From: a virus
Lineage: Duplodnaviria > Caudoviricetes
Direction: 5' to 3' (one strand)
Length of the DNA: 32,434 bases
Virus record (IMG/VR): IMGVR_UViG_3300017903_000046
Coordinates: 1 to 32,434 of that record
Shown: positions 27,998-32,434 of the stretch, one piece after another
Layout of the letters: every line of letters starts with the position of its first letter
Position numbering within the stretch: the stretch's first letter is position 1
Notes under the pieces: generated by a model
Seen by the model: the letters and a program-made list of their open reading frames with translations, nothing else
What the model was told of the DNA's origin: nothing
Databases searched by the model: none
Program-made: the position numbers and the translations under genes

Positions 27998-28198
27998 ATG
28001 AGTAATTATGAATTAGCCATTGAAAGAAAACAAGAAGTCATTACCAAGTATGGTGGTGGCAAGAATTTATCTAGAATGTTAAGAATATCTCACCCTGCTG
28101 TTTCTAAGTGGGAAGTGATCCCAGAATTAAGAGCATTTCAAATCTCTAAATTAGGTGATTACACAGTAGATTATATTAGACCAGACTTAAAGTTCTAG
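27998..28198 (+). CDS. Cro-like HTH regulator
   Basis: YGG...LSRML.ISHPAVSKW..IPELRA...RPDL, a Cro/YdaS-like pattern. Confidence 0.8.
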   Translation: MSNYELAIERKQEVITKYGGGKNLSRMLRISHPAVSKWEVIPELRAFQISKLGDYTVDYIRPDLKF

Positions 28199-28228
28199 CA
28201 AACCCACAGTACATAAGCATTACAAGTG

Positions 28229-28356
28229 CATAGCATTGCCATAGCATTGCTATAGCATGGCTATAACACAAGTATAGCACAGTGCCATAGTTTTGCTAAT
28301 GGCAAAAGTATCCCCTTCATCTTCATCTTCACCTTCATCTTCAACTACACCTTCAC
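28229..28356. repeat. Iteron-like 11-bp repeats plus a CTTCAY hexamer array; probable replication origin
   Basis: CATAGCATTGC x2, TATAGCATGGC, TATAACACAAG and TATAGCACAGT in 11-bp register, then seven CTTCAN/CTACAC hexamers at 28315-28356. Confidence 0.7.
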
Positions 28357-28399
28357 TACAAGATATAACAGTAGTAGCAACTAATTTAAAAAAAAATTG

Positions 28400-28428
28400 T
28401 TGACAAATAATTTTACTTAACCTAACTT
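28400..28428 (+). promoter_or_regulatory. Sigma70 promoter of the replication operon
   Basis: TTGACA-17 nt-TAACTT, with 7 nt between the -10 and the ATG at 28436. Confidence 0.65.
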
Positions 28429-28435
28429 AACAACT

Positions 28436-28813
28436 ATGAGAAAAACAACTAGTCAAGAACAATCTCCTGCATTTCAATTTTATGCTAGTGATTGGATAAG
28501 CAATCCTAATAGATTAAGGTTGTCTTTAGAAGAGCAAGGTGCTTATGTATTGTTATACTGCTATTGTTGGCAAGGGTTTGAGATAGAGTATGATGAAGAA
28601 GTATTAAGTAGAATGTGTAATTGCAGAATAGATAAGATTAAATCTATAATGCCAAACATAATACATTTATTTAAGCAGATAGAAAAGAATGGTAGAATAT
28701 ATCTACAATGCATACAAGCTGAAGAAGAAAGAAAAGAACAAGAACTTAATAGAGTGAAGAGAAGTAAGGCAGGAAAACTTGGAGCAAAAATAAGATGGAA
28801 GAACCTAAAATGA
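28436..28813 (+). CDS. DUF1376/YdaU-type replication initiator, N-terminal domain only
   Basis: PAFQFYASDW...LS.EEQGAY..L...W and RSKAGKLGA..RW, followed four residues later by a stop. Confidence 0.78.
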   Translation: MRKTTSQEQSPAFQFYASDWISNPNRLRLSLEEQGAYVLLYCYCWQGFEIEYDEEVLSRMCNCRIDKIKSIMPNIIHLFKQIEKNGRIYLQCIQAEEERKEQELNRVKRSKAGKLGAKIRWKNLK

Positions 28814-28875
28814 CATTAATATTAATTTTAATATATTTATTAATAGGATTTGTTTGGTATTGGTATGAGCAGTAG
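28810..28875 (+). CDS. Possible 21 aa TM micro-protein
   Basis: MTLILILIYLLIGFVWYWYEQ; ATGA-coupled to the upstream gene. Confidence 0.35.
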   Translation: MTLILILIYLLIGFVWYWYEQ

Positions 28876-29026
28876 AAATAGAAAACCAACAGATAAAATA
28901 CTTGGGTGGTCAATAAAGGTTTACTTTAGCACAGGTAAGGTTGAAGAACTTAATTTATGTCCAGAAGAAACTGCGAAGATGGTTGATAAGTATGTTAAAG
29001 AAACAATTAATAGGAAGTATTTCTAA
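28865..29026 (+). CDS. Hypothetical micro-protein, 53 aa
   Basis: Manually translated (MSSRNRKPTDKILGWSIKVYF...); TAATG-coupled to the primase gene. Confidence 0.55.
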   Translation: MSSRNRKPTDKILGWSIKVYFSTGKVEELNLCPEETAKMVDKYVKETINRKYF

Positions 29027-29820
29027 TGCAGTACAAAGATTTTTTAGATGCATTTGGTGAGTATCATAGTTTTCAAACTTTTTGTGATAAAGGCAAGAAT
29101 AAAAAAATAATAAAACAGTTGCATGGTACAATAGATCAACACATTCAAGAACTTACTGCACTAAATAAAAAGGGTGCAGGTGTATACTTTACAGTAAATC
29201 AAACTGATTTATTTGGTAGAACAACAAAAAACATTACTAAAGTAAGGGCAGTATTCTGTGATTTTGATGGTACACCTATGCCAGATAAATTTAATATACC
29301 TCCACATTTTATAATAAATACTAGTCTTAACAAGTTTCATACTTATTGGCTAGTAGAGGATATGCCATTAAAAACATTTACACTTTATCAACAAGCATTA
29401 GCAAGTAAGTTTGGTTCAGATAGAGCAGTAAAAGATTTACCAAGAATAATGAGGGTTGCAGGTTTTTGGCACAATAAAAAGAAACCATACCCTGTCAAGA
29501 TAGTTAAGCAAAATATTATGACACCATATACAATGGAAGATATTAGAGATGGACTAGGATTAGAAAGACCAAAGAAAAAAATAATTAAATATAACCCTAC
29601 TAATTTAGTAAGGAATAAAGACTTTCAAGTTAAGGGTGTTGGTTTAGGTGGTAGGCATGAATATCTTGTAAAGATGTTAGTAGCTATGAGAATGAGGGGG
29701 GAGAGTTATGAATATGCAAAAGATCAAGTATTGACATTTGCTAACAAATGCAACCCTCCAGAAAGCTATAGTGAAGTTATGTTTCAATTAAATGATATAT
29801 GGAATAGATATGGAACTTAG
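29026..29820 (+). CDS. RepB-type (AEP superfamily) DNA primase with a PriCT-like C-terminus
   Basis: GVYFTVN, FCDFD, TS..KFHTYW, KD..RIMRVAG and C-terminal GGRH...C.PP. Confidence 0.8.
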   Translation: MQYKDFLDAFGEYHSFQTFCDKGKNKKIIKQLHGTIDQHIQELTALNKKGAGVYFTVNQTDLFGRTTKNITKVRAVFCDFDGTPMPDKFNIPPHFIINTSLNKFHTYWLVEDMPLKTFTLYQQALASKFGSDRAVKDLPRIMRVAGFWHNKKKPYPVKIVKQNIMTPYTMEDIRDGLGLERPKKKIIKYNPTNLVRNKDFQVKGVGLGGRHEYLVKMLVAMRMRGESYEYAKDQVLTFANKCNPPESYSEVMFQLNDIWNRYGT

Positions 29821-31291
29821 AGAGTATCAAGAGTTTGCAATAGAAAATGTCAAGCAAGAATTTGCTAAAGGCAACAAAAGAGTTTTACTAGTTGCACCAA
29901 CAGGTTCTGGTAAAACAGTTATTGCTAGTAGAATGATTGAGAAAACTGAGCAAAAAAGAAAAGCTAGTTTATTTGTTGCACATAGAAGAGAACTAGTAAA
30001 ACAATGCTCAACAAAGTTACATCAGTTTGGTATTAATGCAGGTGTAATTATGGCAGGCATTACCAATGCATGGCATTTTGATACACAAATTGCAAGCATA
30101 CAAACTTTTATATCAAGAAAAGATGATGAAGATTTTAACAAACCAAAAGCTAATTTATTAATTATAGATGAAGCACATAGGTCAACAAGTAAATCATTTA
30201 GAAAACTATTAGATGAATATCCAGATGCTTATGTTGTTGGTTTAACTGCAACTCCAATTAGAAATGATAGTTCTGGATTAAAAGATATATATGATACACT
30301 TGTAGAAGTTAGTGATATTAAGACTTTAACAAGTCAAGGGTTCTTAGTTCCTTGCAAAGTATTTGCACCAACAATACCAGACTTAAAAGGTGTTGCCACA
30401 GTAAGGGGTGATTATGATGCAAGAGAATTAGATAAGAGAATGAACAAAGTAAAACTAGTTGGTGATTTAGTAGAGCATTGGATTAAGTTTGCACTTGATA
30501 GACCAACAGTTGTGTTTGCTAGTAGTATTGCTCACAGTAAATACATCTGCAAAATATTTAATCAGAATGGCATACCAAGTGGACACATAGATAGTGAGAT
30601 GCCAGATATAGAAAGAGAAAGACAACTCAAGATGATGCAACAAGATAAAATAAAAGTCTTGTGTAATTGTCAGATACTTACAGAGGGTTGGGATATGCCT
30701 AAGATATCATGTGTAGTATTAGCTAGACCAACTAAAAGTGTAGGTCTATATTTACAAATGGTAGGTAGAAGTCTTAGACCATTTAAAGGTAAACAAGATA
30801 CTATGATTATAGATCATTCTGGTGCAGTATATCAAAATGGTTTCCCAGATGAAAAGAGAGAGTGGAAACTAGAGTATAGTAAAGAAGATAAGAAGAAACT
30901 AAAAGAACCAAAAGAAATAATCAAACAACCATTTACTTGTGTAAATTGTGATTTTGTTTACAAACCTACAAAAGAGAACCCAGAATGTCCTAACTGTAGT
31001 TTTGTTCCAACAAAGAAAGAAGTCCAATTATTAATTAAACAAGGTAGATTACAAGAAGTAAAGAAACCAAAAGAGAATATTAAAACAGAAGATAAGAAAA
31101 GTTTTTATGCTCAACTATTGTTTATTGCTAGACAAAAAGGGTATAAAGAGGGTTGGGCAAGTCATTGTTATAGACAAAAATTTGGTCATTGGGTTCATAA
31201 TAAGCAAGTCCTACCTTCACCACCAACACCAGAAGTGTTAAACTTTCTGAAACATTTACAAATAAAAAAAGCAAAAGGAGTTAGATTATGA
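29810..31291 (+). CDS. SF2 DEAH helicase with C-terminal Zn finger (RadD/YejH-like)
   Basis: LREYQ, APTGSGKT, DEAH, LTATP, TEGWD, QMVGRSLR and CVNC...CPNC. The start at 29810 is preferred to 29792. Confidence 0.9.
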   Translation: MELREYQEFAIENVKQEFAKGNKRVLLVAPTGSGKTVIASRMIEKTEQKRKASLFVAHRRELVKQCSTKLHQFGINAGVIMAGITNAWHFDTQIASIQTFISRKDDEDFNKPKANLLIIDEAHRSTSKSFRKLLDEYPDAYVVGLTATPIRNDSSGLKDIYDTLVEVSDIKTLTSQGFLVPCKVFAPTIPDLKGVATVRGDYDARELDKRMNKVKLVGDLVEHWIKFALDRPTVVFASSIAHSKYICKIFNQNGIPSGHIDSEMPDIERERQLKMMQQDKIKVLCNCQILTEGWDMPKISCVVLARPTKSVGLYLQMVGRSLRPFKGKQDTMIIDHSGAVYQNGFPDEKREWKLEYSKEDKKKLKEPKEIIKQPFTCVNCDFVYKPTKENPECPNCSFVPTKKEVQLLIKQGRLQEVKKPKENIKTEDKKSFYAQLLFIARQKGYKEGWASHCYRQKFGHWVHNKQVLPSPPTPEVLNFLKHLQIKKAKGVRL

Positions 31292-31509
31292 GTGAACCTA
31301 CTACACAAGATTATATATGGGCAAGTGGTCATTTTTTAGGTAAACACTTACCACAAGATTATGAAGAATGGGAAGAAGAAAAGCTTGATAAGTTTCTTAC
31401 AGACAATGCTTGGGAGTTTTTTGAATATTGTGAACCTAAATTTATATGGGAACAAATAGATGCTTTAGCTTGGAGTGTTAATAAATATATGGAGGATAAA
31501 AATGAGTGA
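31288..31509 (+). CDS. Hypothetical acidic, Trp-rich protein
   Basis: 73 aa with an AGGAG RBS and ATGA overlap. Confidence 0.6.
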   Translation: MSEPTTQDYIWASGHFLGKHLPQDYEEWEEEKLDKFLTDNAWEFFEYCEPKFIWEQIDALAWSVNKYMEDKNE

Positions 31510-31843
31510 ACAAGAATTAGAAAAACGAATGGAAGAAATAAGACAGATAGGTAATAATTATGCTACTGCTAAAGCTAACCTAAACTATCTTGAACATTAT
31601 AGAAAAATTAGGTTGGCTCAAATGATGAAAGAGAAATTAAGTAACTGTACCAACATGAGTGTTGCAAAAGCTGATTTGGAATCAAGAGCAGAAGAAGAAT
31701 ATATTAAACTGTGTCAAGATTTAAAAAATGCAGTACAACAAGAAAGTAAACTTGCATGGGAAAAGAAAATGGTAGAACTCAAATTTGAATTCTGGAAAAC
31801 CAATCAAATATCTGCTATGAGTGAAAGAAAAAAGTATGGGTAA
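31502..31843 (+). CDS. Hypothetical coiled-coil protein
   Basis: GGAGG RBS before the ATG at 31502; helical heptad pattern. Confidence 0.6.
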   Translation: MSEQELEKRMEEIRQIGNNYATAKANLNYLEHYRKIRLAQMMKEKLSNCTNMSVAKADLESRAEEEYIKLCQDLKNAVQQESKLAWEKKMVELKFEFWKTNQISAMSERKKYG

Positions 31844-32138
31844 AAAGAAACCCACACTAAAAGAACAAAAACACATGGAGAGAGTTGCAAGTATAGGTTG
31901 CATAGCTTGTAGAAAATTAGGTATCCATGATAGTCCTGCAGAAATTCACCACATAAGAAATAAAACAGGTATGGGGGAAAGGTCTAGTCATATGCTAGTT
32001 TTACCATTATGCCCTAATCATCACAGAAATTCTAATGAAAGTTATCATTATTCACCCAAGAAATTTGAAAATCGTTTTGGTAGCCAAATAAAGCTCCTAG
32101 AGGAAGTGTTAAATATTTTAGGTAGTTTGAGTCGTTAG
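31836..32138 (+). CDS. Ref/DUF968-like HNH-type nuclease
   Basis: GCIAC...AEIHHIR...GMG...VLPLCPNHHR. Confidence 0.75.
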   Translation: MGKKKPTLKEQKHMERVASIGCIACRKLGIHDSPAEIHHIRNKTGMGERSSHMLVLPLCPNHHRNSNESYHYSPKKFENRFGSQIKLLEEVLNILGSLSR

Positions 32139-32144
32139 GGGTGT

Positions 32145-32381
32145 TTAATCTTTGTCTGTGTTGCTCTTATAGATTTGATTATCATATCCACCCAAGTTAA
32201 ATTGAGGTTCAGCTTTTTTTGTTTTCTTTCCTTGATCTTCAATAATTTCCTGCATACTAATATCCCAACATCTTCCACAAGTGATGCCCCAATTATTTCC
32301 TATGGCATACATTTCTTTATAATTAAATAAATGTTTACATCTATCACACTTTAAGGTGCTATTTTTGTTGCTTAGTTTCAT
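32145..32381 (-). CDS. Hypothetical Zn-finger protein
   Basis: CDRC...CGRC in a 78 aa ORF. Confidence 0.45.
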   Translation of the reverse strand: MKLSNKNSTLKCDRCKHLFNYKEMYAIGNNWGITCGRCWDISMQEIIEDQGKKTKKAEPQFNLGGYDNQIYKSNTDKD

Positions 32382-32434
32382 TCTGTATATAATTTAATAT
32401 GCTATGTAAATCAGATAATACTTCTAACATACAA

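Larger units (their letters stand above)
1..32434. mobile_element. Podovirus-type tailed phage genome, near complete, probably lytic
   Basis: Ordered TerL-portal-scaffold-capsid-tail tube A/B-ejection protein-fibre module, plus lysis and replication modules. Dense TAATG/ATGA gene overlaps and no host housekeeping genes. Confidence 0.95.

Noticed and set aside
28229-28356. Repeat region as a CRISPR or mini-CRISPR array
   Set aside because: Units are 6 and 11 bp in tandem with no unique spacers. The Cas4-like gene is a solo phage nuclease.
27916-32419. ATTATCTGATT at 27916 and its reverse complement at 32409
   Set aside because: Only two copies of an AT-rich 11-mer, which is compatible with chance.
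1-32434. Stop-codon reassignment
   Set aside because: Genes are full length in the standard code, and TAA, TAG and TGA all serve as stops.

Overview
A near-complete genome of an AT-rich (about 30-33% GC by eye), short-tailed (podovirus-type) dsDNA phage. Its gene content resembles marine alphaproteobacterial phages such as HTVC010P-like pelagiphages; the host is an inference. The + strand from about 0.2 to 23.5 kb carries a resolvase-like nuclease, large terminase, a cluster of tiny basic and Met-Gly-Gly-starting proteins around a GNAT acyltransferase, a T7-like portal, scaffold, capsid, tail tube A/B, three ejection proteins and a modular tail-fibre region with two paralogous three-gene cassettes. 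The - strand from 23.5 to 27.9 kb carries an SSB-like protein, a Cas4-like nuclease, a PAPS-reductase-like PP-loop enzyme, holin, lysozyme and a metallophosphoesterase. The + strand from 28 to 32.1 kb carries a Cro-like regulator, an iteron-like origin, a truncated DUF1376 initiator, a RepB-type primase, an SF2 helicase and a Ref-like nuclease. I see no DNA or RNA polymerase, integrase, CI repressor, small terminase, tRNA or CRISPR array. The main observations are: (1) a GNAT nested among paralogous MGG-starting micro-proteins, a candidate N-terminal Gly acylation system; (2) genome-wide context-specific avoidance of CpG (almost only as CGA/TCG) and of CCAG (almost only as CCAGA), alongside an orphan PP-loop enzyme; (3) a probable replication origin that looks like the linker of the initiator gene moved upstream of it. 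All family calls come from motif recognition by eye, not from database searches.
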